A DNA stretch of 64,000 bases from a virus. Its lineage: Duplodnaviria; Heunggongvirae; Uroviricota; Caudoviricetes. The stretch covers positions 122,688 to 186,687 of IMG/VR virus record IMGVR_UViG_2834277561_000001; one strand, written 5' to 3'. A program made the position numbers and the translations under genes. How positions within the stretch are numbered: position 1 is the stretch's first letter; every line of letters begins with the position of its first letter. The notes under the pieces are model-generated. The model was not told where the DNA came from. It made no database searches and worked only from the letters and a program-made list of their open reading frames with translations. This document shows positions 9,420 to 19,651 of this stretch, piece by piece.

Positions 9420-9980
9420 ATGGTATATGGAGTATTTGGTGGTTGTTATAGCGACTGGTATATAGTTGGTTATTTTGATAATCGTAATGATGCAGACAAA
9501 TATTGTTGTATCTCTAATGCTGATTATTATGTAAAACCATTAAAAAATTTAACAAATGAAAAAGATCTGTCGAAAGTAGAATTAAAATATACTCATGAGG
9601 TTCTTTTTGATTATGATAAAAACAATAAATATACTATGAGAAAAGAACCAGATAGATATAGATGTTATATAGATAATGAATTGCATTGCAATAGCATAAC
9701 GAAAAGTAATGGATGGTATCACTGGATAAAATTTGAAATTAATATTAGTCATAATAATAGAAAACTTGCTGAAAAAATTGCACAAGATTATTTGGCAGAA
9801 TTACGTTCTTACGGTGATGGTAAAATTTATGATGAAAATATTAAGTTGATGAATGAAAAATTTGTAAGACCTTTTAAAGAAAAAGAAAGATTAGAAAAAG
9901 AGAAACAGCTAAGAGAAAAAGAATTAGCTGAATTAAAAAGGTTAAAAGAAAAGTATGAGCAAAGAACTAAAATGGTGTAA
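9420..9980 (+). CDS. hypothetical protein with Lys/Glu-rich coiled-coil tail
   Basis: ORF of 186 aa with GGAGGGAA ribosome-binding site. Confidence 0.55.
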   Translation: MVYGVFGGCYSDWYIVGYFDNRNDADKYCCISNADYYVKPLKNLTNEKDLSKVELKYTHEVLFDYDKNNKYTMRKEPDRYRCYIDNELHCNSITKSNGWYHWIKFEINISHNNRKLAEKIAQDYLAELRSYGDGKIYDENIKLMNEKFVRPFKEKERLEKEKQLREKELAELKRLKEKYEQRTKMV

Positions 9981-10121
9981 ACAATTTATTAAATGTAGCA
10001 GCTTATCAATGTATCACATGAAAAGGCGTGTAAGAAAAAAGAATAGGAATAGAGTAGTTAAAATGTTTTCTTGTATAAATTGTTTGCCATATCCTGTTGA
10101 ATGGATGGAAAAGGAGAAACA

Positions 10122-10304
10122 ATGAATATATTAAATGTCTATTTATTACTTATAGGAATTTTTATGTCAATCATGGGAATTGTCTGGTCTAAGAAAAATT
10201 GGATTAATGTTTTTATAAAAATATTATATTTAGTAAGTGGTACATACTTGATTTTATATGCTTTATATTTGAGTAATATTTTATTAGTTGTACATAAGAG
10301 TTGA
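10122..10304 (+). CDS. small membrane protein
   Basis: AAGGAGAAAC ribosome-binding site followed by ATG; two hydrophobic helices. Confidence 0.5.
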   Translation: MNILNVYLLLIGIFMSIMGIVWSKKNWINVFIKILYLVSGTYLILYALYLSNILLVVHKS

Positions 10305-10338
10305 AAAATTTATTTCATTTTGAAAGGAGAATTTATAA

Positions 10339-10638
10339 ATGACAGGAAAGAAATACAGAAAAGTATTAAGTGTAGGAATTTTAGCAATTATCGGTGTGGT
10401 TGCAATTTCATTATCTGGATGCTCCTCTAGATGGGATAGAGAAATGAAATCTACAGTGAGTAATTGGACTGGTGGGCTTAATCGTACAGTGACGGTTTAT
10501 GACTATAACGGGCAAGAAATCAAAAGTTGGACTGGTAAATTTGATGTGACAGAAGATGATAATGAAGTTTACTTTGATGATGAGAATGATAAACGTGTAA
10601 TTATTCAAGGTGGTATTGTTATCAATGAAGAAAATTAA
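10339..10638 (+). CDS. putative lipoprotein
   Basis: Signal peptide with lipobox LSGCSS. Confidence 0.55.
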   Translation: MTGKKYRKVLSVGILAIIGVVAISLSGCSSRWDREMKSTVSNWTGGLNRTVTVYDYNGQEIKSWTGKFDVTEDDNEVYFDDENDKRVIIQGGIVINEEN

Positions 10639-10657
10639 GTAAAGTAGGAGAAATCAT

Positions 10658-10870
10658 ATGTGGAAAGTAGACTATTACACTTTAGAGGTCGATGAAGATG
10701 GCTATGTAGGAAATGTAAAACAATATAGTGACGTTTGGTATACAGAATATGGAATTCCAATTTTATTTGATAAATTACAAGAAATTATAGACAAAAGAAA
10801 AGGCACAAATAAATATAAACCTGTAATTTTAAAAAATGAGTCTGTAGCAGGACATGGTGATATATGTTAG
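10658..10870 (+). CDS. hypothetical protein
   Basis: ORF of 70 aa with GGAG ribosome-binding site. Confidence 0.5.
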   Translation: MWKVDYYTLEVDEDGYVGNVKQYSDVWYTEYGIPILFDKLQEIIDKRKGTNKYKPVILKNESVAGHGDIC

Positions 10871-11235
10871 ATCATTATGAATGGAAAAGTAAGATATACT
10901 TGTATCCACCAGATAAAATTAACGACATATATTATAAAGTTTGTTGCTATTGGAATGCAAAAACTGAAATGTATGATTCTATTTTAGCTGACAGTTATTT
11001 ATATGATTCAGCATATATTTCAAATCCTAAACTTCGTGGCTATTCTGCCGAATATTCCCGTCAAATATTTTTATTTTGTCAACATGTACTTATTTGTGAA
11101 TGTGAGAAACCGTTTGATGAAACCTTATGGAAGCATATAAATAATAATAAATATTCTGCTCGTCAGTGGATAAAAGAATATGAAAGAATGGTTTCATCTG
11201 GAGAATTAGATTTTATAGAAAAATATAAAAATTGA
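10864..11235 (+). CDS. hypothetical protein
   Basis: ORF of 123 aa. Confidence 0.5.
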   Translation: MLDHYEWKSKIYLYPPDKINDIYYKVCCYWNAKTEMYDSILADSYLYDSAYISNPKLRGYSAEYSRQIFLFCQHVLICECEKPFDETLWKHINNNKYSARQWIKEYERMVSSGELDFIEKYKN

Positions 11236-11247
11236 ATAGGAGATTTT

Positions 11248-12612
11248 ATGAATTACGAAGATTTTCTAAAACAAAAGGATTATGTTCTGGAAAGTAGTGG
11301 ATTCAATATTGACAAAGATAAATTAAATCCCATGCTATTTGACTTCCAGAAAGATGTAGTAAGGTGGGCGTTAGCAAAAGGTAGAGCTTGTATTTTTGCA
11401 GAGTGTGGCTTGGGAAAAACGTTAATGCAATTATCATGGGCGCATCAAGTACATTTATATACAGGCGGTAAAGTTTTGATTCTTGCACCTCTATCGGTTG
11501 CGGATCAGACAAAGAGAGAAGCTGAAAAATTCCATTACAATGCAAAAGTATGTGAGAAGCAGGAAGATTGTATTAATGGAATTAATATTACAAACTATGA
11601 GAAACTAGATAAATTCATAGCAAATGAATTTGTTGGTGTAGTCTTAGACGAGAGTTCAATTATTAAATCCTATACCGGAAAGGTTAGGACATCTATTATA
11701 GATAATTTCGCAAATGTTCCCTATAAATTAGCATGTACTGCAACGCCAGCTCCAAATGATTATATGGAATTAGGAAACCATTCTGAGTTTTGTGGAGTAA
11801 TGACAAGATCCGAAATGCTTTCTATGTTTTTTGTTCATGACGGAGGACAGACCTCCAAGTGGAGATTAAAAGGACATGCAAAAGATGTATTTTGGCAGTG
11901 GATGGCAAGTTGGTCTGTATTTATTGATAATCCTGCAAATTTAGGATATGACGGCACAGATTATAATCTTCCGCCACTTAATATTCACGAGATTATTGTA
12001 GACGGGGATGAACCAGTAACCGAAACAATGACATTAACAGAAAGAAGAAACGCAAGAAAAGATACCCTTGAATTAAGATGTCAAAAGGCAGCGGAGTACG
12101 TAAATAATTCAGACGAACAGTGGCTCGTTTGGTGTGATCTAAACGCAGAAGGTGAGCGTTTAGGAGAATTAATCAATGAGAGCAAAAATGTTCAGGGTAG
12201 CGATAAGAATAAATATAAGAGTGAAACAATGCTTTCATTTTCAGATAGAAATCTAAAATGTCTCATCAGCAAACCCCAGCTCGCAGGTTATGGCATGAAT
12301 TGGCAGAATTGTCACAACGTTATTTTTACTGGATTATCAGATAGCTTTGAGCAGTATTATCAGGCTGTAAGAAGATGTTGGCGCTTTGGTCAGACGGAAG
12401 AAGTCAATGTATATATTATTATTTCCGCAAAAGAAGGTTGCGTAAAAGAGAATATCGAAAGAAAGCAATCTGATTTTGTCGCAATGAGAGATGCCATGAT
12501 TAGCCTCACAAAAGAGATCACTAAAAAAGAACTTAGATCAACTTGTAGACTTACCACACCTTATGAAGCAAATACAGAAATGAAATTACCAAACTGGGAG
12601 GAATTTAAATAA
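11248..12612 (+). CDS. SNF2/DEAD-like helicase
   Basis: Walker A AECGLGKT, motif II VLDESS, and motif VI QAVRRCWRFGQ. Confidence 0.8.
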   Translation: MNYEDFLKQKDYVLESSGFNIDKDKLNPMLFDFQKDVVRWALAKGRACIFAECGLGKTLMQLSWAHQVHLYTGGKVLILAPLSVADQTKREAEKFHYNAKVCEKQEDCINGINITNYEKLDKFIANEFVGVVLDESSIIKSYTGKVRTSIIDNFANVPYKLACTATPAPNDYMELGNHSEFCGVMTRSEMLSMFFVHDGGQTSKWRLKGHAKDVFWQWMASWSVFIDNPANLGYDGTDYNLPPLNIHEIIVDGDEPVTETMTLTERRNARKDTLELRCQKAAEYVNNSDEQWLVWCDLNAEGERLGELINESKNVQGSDKNKYKSETMLSFSDRNLKCLISKPQLAGYGMNWQNCHNVIFTGLSDSFEQYYQAVRRCWRFGQTEEVNVYIIISAKEGCVKENIERKQSDFVAMRDAMISLTKEITKKELRSTCRLTTPYEANTEMKLPNWEEFK

Positions 12613-13526
12613 TGGAAAATGTAAATGTAATCGATCAGGCAATCGCAAATAGATATGCTCTTTATCATGGAGACAGTGTGGAAATCACAAAAGATATTCC
12701 AGATAATAGCATTCACTATACAATCTTTTCACCTCCGTTCTCGCAGCTTTATGTTTATTCAAATTCTGATAGAGATATGGGTAACTGTAAAGGTGACGAT
12801 GAATTTTATAATCATTTCAAATATCTGGCGAAAGAATTATACAGAATCACAATGCCAGGCAGACTTTTAAGCTTTCATTGTATGGATCTTCCATTAATGA
12901 AATCCAGAGATGGTGTTATTGGACTTAAAGATTTTCCTGCTCTGATGCTTAAAATCTTTCAGGATTGTGGATTTATTTATCATAGCAAAGTAACAATTTG
13001 GAAAAATCCTGTAACAGAAATGCAGCGTACAAAAGCATTAGGTCTTTTACATAAACAGATTAAAAAAGATAGTTCTATGAGTAGACAGGGACTTCCGGAT
13101 TATGTAATTACTGTAAGAAAACCTGGTGAAAATCCCGAAAGAGTAGAACATACAAATGAATCATTTCCTGTCGGGGTATGGCAGAATTATGCATCTCCTG
13201 TATGGATGGATATTCGTCAGAGTGATACATTACAGAGAAAATCTGCGAGAGCGGATCAGGACGAGAAACATATTTGTCCTCTTCAGTTGGAAGTTATTCA
13301 GAGATGTATTGAACTGTGGACAAACCCGAATGATATTGTTTTTGATCCATTTGGAGGAATTGGATCAACTCCGTATGTTGCTGTAAAAATGGGTAGACGT
13401 GGAATTGCGAGTGAATTAAAAGATAGTTACTTTGAACAGATGAAGAAAAATGTTGAATTGGTAGCTGCCGAAGAACCATCTCTTTTTCCTGTAGGAGAGA
13501 AAAGTATTGAGGATGTAGTCGCGTAA
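12612..13526 (+). CDS. DNA amino-methyltransferase, beta-class, probably N4-cytosine
   Basis: Motif IV FSPPF near the N-terminus and motif I VFDPFGGIGST near the C-terminus; forms a helicase-MTase pair with the gene upstream. Confidence 0.8.
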   Translation: MENVNVIDQAIANRYALYHGDSVEITKDIPDNSIHYTIFSPPFSQLYVYSNSDRDMGNCKGDDEFYNHFKYLAKELYRITMPGRLLSFHCMDLPLMKSRDGVIGLKDFPALMLKIFQDCGFIYHSKVTIWKNPVTEMQRTKALGLLHKQIKKDSSMSRQGLPDYVITVRKPGENPERVEHTNESFPVGVWQNYASPVWMDIRQSDTLQRKSARADQDEKHICPLQLEVIQRCIELWTNPNDIVFDPFGGIGSTPYVAVKMGRRGIASELKDSYFEQMKKNVELVAAEEPSLFPVGEKSIEDVVA

Positions 13527-13542
13527 GTGACTATTTTCTCAT

Positions 13543-13848
13543 ATGAAATACAACTTTCGAGGGAGAATAAATATGTATACAAAATTGGACGCGAAAATAG
13601 AAGCATTAGGGTTTGTTAAGTTAGAGAACGAAGAACCAGAAGATGAATTCGGAGTGTCTTACAGGCGTGAAAAATACACGCAGCGAGTAGATATTCTTCG
13701 TATTCCAGAAGGTGATCACATTGTAACTTCCTATGAAGAGAAAATGAATAGTGAAGATAGAAATAATGTAATTGGACTTACATATGAAGAAATGGTTTTA
13801 TTCGCGAAGAAATTAAAAGAAATGAAGAAGAAATATAAGTGGGAGTAG
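13543..13848 (+). CDS. hypothetical protein
   Basis: ORF of 101 aa. Confidence 0.5.
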   Translation: MKYNFRGRINMYTKLDAKIEALGFVKLENEEPEDEFGVSYRREKYTQRVDILRIPEGDHIVTSYEEKMNSEDRNNVIGLTYEEMVLFAKKLKEMKKKYKWE

Positions 13849-14306
13849 CTATGAGATTAAGTGAAATTGCAGAATATATGATAGATCATCATATGGAAGA
13901 AAGTCTGGAATCAGAAGTCGTGCGTGGTAATCGCGAAAAATGGTATGAAGAATCATTGATTGATCCTCTGATGGATGAGTTCTGGTATCACGACTTGGGA
14001 TTATGTGGATGTAATTGTCCCGAAGATACAAAAGAGGCAATCAGAAAATATCTTCACATCAGAAAAGACTTTCATGACAAAGAACTTGCATACGAAGGTG
14101 TTGTGAGAAGATATCGGACTGATCTTGGAATAGACGAGCATAGTCAAGTACAGCATGGTGTCTTACAGTTCATGATGTATGTATTGGATAAAGAAGGGTA
14201 TACGGAACATGGCGGCAGTGTTGGTGGATGTTGGCTTACTAAAAAAGGCGAGATGTTTATGGATGTATTAGATGCGTGGTATAAACGAGAACATTCGGAG
14301 AATTAG
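13839..14306 (+). CDS. hypothetical protein
   Basis: ORF of 155 aa. Confidence 0.5.
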   Translation: MGVAMRLSEIAEYMIDHHMEESLESEVVRGNREKWYEESLIDPLMDEFWYHDLGLCGCNCPEDTKEAIRKYLHIRKDFHDKELAYEGVVRRYRTDLGIDEHSQVQHGVLQFMMYVLDKEGYTEHGGSVGGCWLTKKGEMFMDVLDAWYKREHSEN

Positions 14307-14326
14307 TAATAGAAGGAGTTAAAAAT

Positions 14327-14590
14327 ATGAATAGACAAACGGAAGATTATATTTCATTAAAACCTATTGCCGATAGGTTTAAAGATTCTGCAAATTCCAT
14401 TACTGATGATGAGATTAGGAATATGATTAAAAATTCTTTGCAAAGACAAATTGATGAACAGCTTGATTTAGGATTGGACACTTTAGGATATCGTACAACA
14501 GAGATAATTGATCACTGGTTTGATGATTGTGGTAATGAGGATTTTGTTGTAACTCTAATTAAAAATGGTTTAAAGAAAAAATTTGATTGA
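14327..14590 (+). CDS. hypothetical protein
   Basis: ORF of 87 aa with AGGAG ribosome-binding site. Confidence 0.55.
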   Translation: MNRQTEDYISLKPIADRFKDSANSITDDEIRNMIKNSLQRQIDEQLDLGLDTLGYRTTEIIDHWFDDCGNEDFVVTLIKNGLKKKFD

Positions 14591-14599
14591 GATATCTAT

Positions 14600-14746
14600 A
14601 TGAAATTAACAAAAGAACAGGCAATCAAAGATCAGTTGAAACAACCGACAGTTGCAGAAGTTGTTAAGACAGCCGAGAAAGAACCAGTTCCGGCAGCAGG
14701 TAAAGCACCAGAAATTCCGGATTTTATGAAGCAGGAGGAAATGTGA
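14600..14746 (+). CDS. small hypothetical protein
   Basis: 48-aa ORF that fills the gap between genes; the overlapping minus-strand ORFs look spurious. Confidence 0.3.
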   Translation: MKLTKEQAIKDQLKQPTVAEVVKTAEKEPVPAAGKAPEIPDFMKQEEM

Positions 14747-14747
14747 T

Positions 14748-15353
14748 ATGAACAATAAAGAAATTTTAAAGAAAGCCAAGGAACTTGTTGAGTTGCTGAA
14801 ACAACAGGAAGAAACCGGAAAGGTTGAGTTGTCAACACTGAAACGAGGAGATGTGTTCCAGACCACTGGGAAGCGTAAATACAAGGTTCTGGAACAGTAT
14901 GGAGATACAACGAAAATTATTTCGCTTGATCTGGTGAAAGAAAATGTAGAGTTTGGTGATACCTCAGATTACAAAACATCAAAGGTAAAGAAACTGTGTG
15001 ACACTGAAATTCTGAAAGACTTCGAAAAAGAATTCGAGGCAGAAAATATCGAAACACACACAGCAGATATTATCACTGCGGATGGACAGAAATTGGGGAC
15101 TGTTGATTGTAAAATTCGACCGATTACGTTTGATGAAGCACGAGAATACACAGATATTATACCGAACAATGATCTGAACGACTGGTATTGGACATTATCG
15201 CCATGGTCAACGGAAGAACGTGGATGGGAAAAAAATATTTCCATTGTTTCCCCTTCGGGCGTTATCAGCAACTACGGTTTCAGCAACGGGAATGGTGTTC
15301 GCCCAGTTTGTATCTTAAAATCTAATATCTTTGTATCTAAGGCGGAGGAATGA
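14748..15353 (+). CDS. hypothetical protein, tandem paralogue A (conserved C-terminal W..PWS..SPSG..VRPVCI domain)
   Basis: C-terminus matches the next gene, and 17-19 nt DNA blocks are identical between the two copies. Confidence 0.6.
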   Translation: MNNKEILKKAKELVELLKQQEETGKVELSTLKRGDVFQTTGKRKYKVLEQYGDTTKIISLDLVKENVEFGDTSDYKTSKVKKLCDTEILKDFEKEFEAENIETHTADIITADGQKLGTVDCKIRPITFDEAREYTDIIPNNDLNDWYWTLSPWSTEERGWEKNISIVSPSGVISNYGFSNGNGVRPVCILKSNIFVSKAEE

Positions 15354-15955
15354 TTATGAAGAAAAATCTGCAATATTTTGAGGATGAATTATCCAGATTA
15401 AGTAAAGAGTTCACGGAATTCAAGAAAAAGCACATCGGAAAGCCGGAAATCGGAAAAGCTATTGAACTTGCTGGTATGGAATGGTTGATTCTGGATAAGA
15501 CAGAAAACGGATATTTTGCCATTTTGAATGGATTTGATGGAAAAGAAAGAGCATTTGATTCAGATTCAAATAACTGGATTTCAAGTAAACTGAGAAATGA
15601 GTTAAACACTCGTTTTCTTAAAAAAATTACGGACGAGCTTGGAGAAGATGTAGTTATTGAGTTTGATCGAGATTTGCTTTCTTTGGACGGCCAGACAGAA
15701 TACGGACATTGTAAAGATAAGATTTCGATTTTGACGGTGGATGAATACCGAAAATACAGAAAATTCCTTACAAATATGGGTGGATGGTGGTGGCTGCTTA
15801 CTCCATGGAGTACACTAGCAAATAATTACAGCACAACAAATACCGTTGTTTCCCCTTCGGGCCTTATCAACAGCTACAATTGCTACGACTTTAATGATGT
15901 TCGCCCAGTTTGTATCTTTTCTTCTTCAATATTTGAATCAGGAAATGATGATTGA
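15350..15955 (+). CDS. hypothetical protein, tandem paralogue B
   Basis: GGWWWLLTPWST...VVSPSGLINSYN..VRPVCIF. Confidence 0.6.
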   Translation: MIMKKNLQYFEDELSRLSKEFTEFKKKHIGKPEIGKAIELAGMEWLILDKTENGYFAILNGFDGKERAFDSDSNNWISSKLRNELNTRFLKKITDELGEDVVIEFDRDLLSLDGQTEYGHCKDKISILTVDEYRKYRKFLTNMGGWWWLLTPWSTLANNYSTTNTVVSPSGLINSYNCYDFNDVRPVCIFSSSIFESGNDD

Positions 15956-16017
15956 TGGCGAATGAAGATTTAAAGGTAAAAAAGATGAAATCGAAATTTC
16001 GAAGGTGAAATAATAAA

Positions 16018-16353
16018 ATGGGAAAGAAAATTGATGCGGATTGGCTTCTACAAAAAACAGATATAATAATCGAGAAAATGAAAAAGAAAAAGTATGCAGG
16101 CATAGGAACAGATGTGATTCCAATGTTTATGAATAAAATGATTGAAGCGTATGATAAAAGTAAATCTATAGATAAAGAAGTAAATAAGAAAGAACTTATT
16201 GAAGAAATTATTAATACTATTTATGAAGAAATAGAAAATAGCGGTGATTCCTATTATGTTACAAAAGAGAATCAGGAATTTTCGGCAGATGTCGGGTATG
16301 TTAAAGAATGGCTTGATGATTATAAAGAAGTTCTTCGTAAACGGTATTCATAA
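16018..16353 (+). CDS. hypothetical protein
   Basis: ORF of 111 aa. Confidence 0.5.
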   Translation: MGKKIDADWLLQKTDIIIEKMKKKKYAGIGTDVIPMFMNKMIEAYDKSKSIDKEVNKKELIEEIINTIYEEIENSGDSYYVTKENQEFSADVGYVKEWLDDYKEVLRKRYS

Positions 16354-16434
16354 ACAATGTATTTTTGATGTGTTAGCTAAAAGAAAGGGGAAAATCCAAT
16401 TACCATCTAAGATAATTGGATTATATGTGATTTT

Positions 16435-16794
16435 ATGAATGATATTGTATATTTTGAACTAAATAATTGGTTTCGTGGAAGAGACTATCCAAACGACGAG
16501 CCGTTTGTTTCTTGGATGAGTAATGATTTGCAATTAAAATTCAATAATGAAGATTGGATTATTGAAAATAAATTATGTGTAGTAAAAACATTTATAGATA
16601 TGTCTTGTAACTTCTGTATTACTACTACAAAGGAATGGGTAGAAGATAATTGCCCTAAGTTGCTCACAGAATATAAAAAGTTTTTAAGATATCCAGATAA
16701 ATATGGTGATGTTTATGGTAAATTTGGAACATTATTTTTAGAATATTGCGTAGAAAATATCGGTTTGGAAGATAGAGAAGAAGACGATATTTAA
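16435..16794 (+). CDS. hypothetical protein
   Basis: ORF of 119 aa. Confidence 0.5.
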   Translation: MNDIVYFELNNWFRGRDYPNDEPFVSWMSNDLQLKFNNEDWIIENKLCVVKTFIDMSCNFCITTTKEWVEDNCPKLLTEYKKFLRYPDKYGDVYGKFGTLFLEYCVENIGLEDREEDDI

Positions 16795-16852
16795 AGTGGA
16801 GGAATAGTAATGAAATTTTTAGAAGGACACGAACAGGAATATAGAAATTGAT

Positions 16853-17161
16853 ATGACAAAAATAGTGATGGATATGGTAGAGCTTGTTTTACTTATGCCG
16901 AAAGATTGGGCGGAGTTGCTTGAGAATAAAATTAAATCATCGACTGAAGATCCTATGAAAGTTGTGATAGATAATGCAGATAAATTAAGTAATGATACTG
17001 ATACTGAAGGCATTACTGGTTTTATGTATAGTTTTGCGGTAAGTATTCTTTCACAGTGTTGGAAATACGGCGAATATCTTAGAAAATGGCATAACCAAGA
17101 GTATAGCTACGACGGGATGGGTGTTGTAAATCCTGCGGCTATGTCACTAAAACTAAAATGA
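16853..17161 (+). CDS. hypothetical protein
   Basis: ORF of 102 aa. Confidence 0.5.
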   Translation: MTKIVMDMVELVLLMPKDWAELLENKIKSSTEDPMKVVIDNADKLSNDTDTEGITGFMYSFAVSILSQCWKYGEYLRKWHNQEYSYDGMGVVNPAAMSLKLK

Positions 17162-17236
17162 ATAATACAACGTTATTTTAAGGGGGCGAGAATGATTATG
17201 AATGAAGAATATTAGAGTTTAAAAAGATCTGCCTAT

Positions 17237-17458
17237 GTGTGTGTTTGTCTTACTGATGACGGGCATGGTTCTGTAACAGTGTGGGATACGGCAGAAGATG
17301 CATGGGGTGATGCATGGGAAAGAACAGAAAATTTTCTCAACGAAAATTTAGGACGATCATATTGCAAAAAAGTATATGATGGTTACGAGATTTTTGTAAT
17401 AGGAAATCCAAAAGTACAAAGATATTATAAAGTATTTGATGCACAAGAACTAGAATGA
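17237..17458 (+). CDS. hypothetical protein
   Basis: ORF of 73 aa. Confidence 0.45.
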   Translation: MCVCLTDDGHGSVTVWDTAEDAWGDAWERTENFLNENLGRSYCKKVYDGYEIFVIGNPKVQRYYKVFDAQELE

Positions 17459-17483
17459 AAATTTAGTATATGGAGAATTTAGT

Positions 17484-17837
17484 ATGAGAAAATATGTATC
17501 CGCAAAATATCTGAGAATCACGATGTATGATAATGATTTCACTTATTCACTCTTACAGTTGGCTGATATTTTGTATGAAATTTTTTGTACAACAAGATTT
17601 CCAGAAGACAAAGATTTACCTATATTAAAAGATTATGTGCAGCATTTGTGGTTTTCATTACATAATATAGATCGTCGTATGGAACACAAGAGTTGTAATG
17701 ATTTTAAAGAAACTCATTTAAAAATATTTACGCCTCATTTGGAGTTTGTGGACTATTTAGATATTCCGGCTGGATGGAACAATGACGTGGATGTATATAT
17801 TCCAATGTTTGAAAATGCTGAAATTCTTAGAAGATAG
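17484..17837 (+). CDS. hypothetical protein
   Basis: ORF of 117 aa with GGAG ribosome-binding site. Confidence 0.5.
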   Translation: MRKYVSAKYLRITMYDNDFTYSLLQLADILYEIFCTTRFPEDKDLPILKDYVQHLWFSLHNIDRRMEHKSCNDFKETHLKIFTPHLEFVDYLDIPAGWNNDVDVYIPMFENAEILRR

Positions 17838-17840
17838 GAG

Positions 17841-18305
17841 ATGATATTGTTGTTGGACATTCAGGATCTTGCACTACTTAAAATAACGTGCGTAAAAGAA
17901 TGGGAAATCCGTTTTGATTATGATGGGATTCATTATTTATTACATGGCACAGGAGAGGCCGGAGAACCAGATAGACAGGATTTTTATGAGCGAACCGTAT
18001 TTCAAGATGGAAAATACGAGCTTTCTTATATAACAACTACTTATGGATCAGAAAATGTACGTACTGATTACATAAGAATAAGTAGCAAGAACAAAGATGA
18101 GTTTGGCTATTACGATAAACTTGTATATAGCCATATTGATAAAGAATTTTTTGCCTATAAACTCACAAAACGTGGTTTTGCTACGGGGATTATGGAGAAT
18201 AAAGTAAAAGAAGAATCACAAAGGATAAGTAAAGTTCAGAAACAAATTACGGAACTTCAAGATCAGATTTATGAATTAAGGGAACAGATAAATGATTATA
18301 TCTGA
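17841..18305 (+). CDS. hypothetical protein with coiled-coil C-terminus
   Basis: ORF of 154 aa. Confidence 0.5.
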   Translation: MILLLDIQDLALLKITCVKEWEIRFDYDGIHYLLHGTGEAGEPDRQDFYERTVFQDGKYELSYITTTYGSENVRTDYIRISSKNKDEFGYYDKLVYSHIDKEFFAYKLTKRGFATGIMENKVKEESQRISKVQKQITELQDQIYELREQINDYI

Positions 18306-18337
18306 TACAAATGAAACCGATATTTCAGGAGGAGAAT

Positions 18338-18922
18338 ATGAAAAGACAGATTAGAAAAGGTGTTTATGAAACAAATTCTTCAAGTACACATGCGATTTGT
18401 ATTACAAAAGAAAATGTAGAAAATAATGTAATTCCAAATCATATTGATTTTTGCATCGGAGAATATGGTTGGGAATTTGAAGAATATAAGGATATCTATA
18501 ATAAAGCTTCTTATTTAATTACCGCAATTCTATCATTTGAAAAAGAATATGCAGATGAAAAATTAGAACAGTTAAAATCAATCCTGAATTCTTATGGAAT
18601 TACTTACACTCTTCCAGATGTAAAAGTTCAGGCAACTGAATGGGATGGAAAAACTTGTTATCACTATGATATAGACGGATACATTGATCATAGTGGTGAA
18701 CTAAAACCTTTACTTGATGATTTGTTATCAGATTCGGATAAGTTATTTAGATTTCTATTTGGAGAATCTCTTCTTATTACTGGAAACGATAATGGTTATG
18801 ACTATAATGATAGAATGCGGATTGCTGAAGAAACAGAAGATGAGAGTTGGGGTAGTTATACAATATATGGTGATTTGAAGCCTGAATTTGACAAATATGA
18901 TATTTATGAAAAGAGGAATTAA
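18338..18922 (+). CDS. hypothetical protein, MKRQIRxGV(Y/F)E(T/S)NSSS(T/M)H family, copy 1
   Basis: AGGAGGAG ribosome-binding site; conserved N-terminus shared with the next two genes. Confidence 0.6.
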   Translation: MKRQIRKGVYETNSSSTHAICITKENVENNVIPNHIDFCIGEYGWEFEEYKDIYNKASYLITAILSFEKEYADEKLEQLKSILNSYGITYTLPDVKVQATEWDGKTCYHYDIDGYIDHSGELKPLLDDLLSDSDKLFRFLFGESLLITGNDNGYDYNDRMRIAEETEDESWGSYTIYGDLKPEFDKYDIYEKRN

Positions 18923-18924
18923 AC

Positions 18925-19638
18925 ATGAAGAGGCAAATTCGCAGAGGAGTTTTTGAATCAAATTCAAGTTCCATGCATGCATTATGTGTAATGAAAAAGA
19001 GTGAGCAATATACACCAGAAGAAATTTTAGACAGTTTATATTTGTATGATGATTACGAGACTCAAGAAAAGGACTGTATTTGGGAGCCGCGAGAATCAAA
19101 CATGGAATTTGGAAGAAGCCCATTTAAAGCAATTGGAACATTTGCAGATAAATGGTTATATGCTTGCGCATCAATGGTTGAAGAATATAACGACAATACT
19201 TATAAAGAACTCAAAAGAATTGCATTTAAATATATTCCTGGATTAAAGAAAATAGTGATGCCGTTTACATATGGATGCAAGCTAAATAAAGATAATCCTA
19301 AAAATAATGGAAATATTCTTTGTAAAGAATATGGGATGACAGAAGATGAATTAATCGAATATCTCATGCAAAAAGAAGAAGAATGTGATATAGAAATCAA
19401 TTATTGGAAAGACAGGGATGGAGACTGGATCTATCATGAACCATATACAGGACAGGTTGATGAAGATATTTTAAGTAGATTCCTAGAAACGGAGAATATT
19501 ACATTAGAGGAATTTTTGATTAACAAGAAATATGTTGTGATTCAAGACGGAGACGAACGTTGTGAATTTGCAAAAATTAAGAAAACTGGATTAATTAATT
19601 TGGATGCAATTGATCATGAATATCCGGATAGAGAATAG
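18925..19638 (+). CDS. hypothetical protein, MKRQIRRGV family, copy 2
   Basis: MKRQIRRGVFESNSSSMHA. Confidence 0.6.
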   Translation: MKRQIRRGVFESNSSSMHALCVMKKSEQYTPEEILDSLYLYDDYETQEKDCIWEPRESNMEFGRSPFKAIGTFADKWLYACASMVEEYNDNTYKELKRIAFKYIPGLKKIVMPFTYGCKLNKDNPKNNGNILCKEYGMTEDELIEYLMQKEEECDIEINYWKDRDGDWIYHEPYTGQVDEDILSRFLETENITLEEFLINKKYVVIQDGDERCEFAKIKKTGLINLDAIDHEYPDRE

Positions 19639-19651
19639 GAGAATAAAAAAT

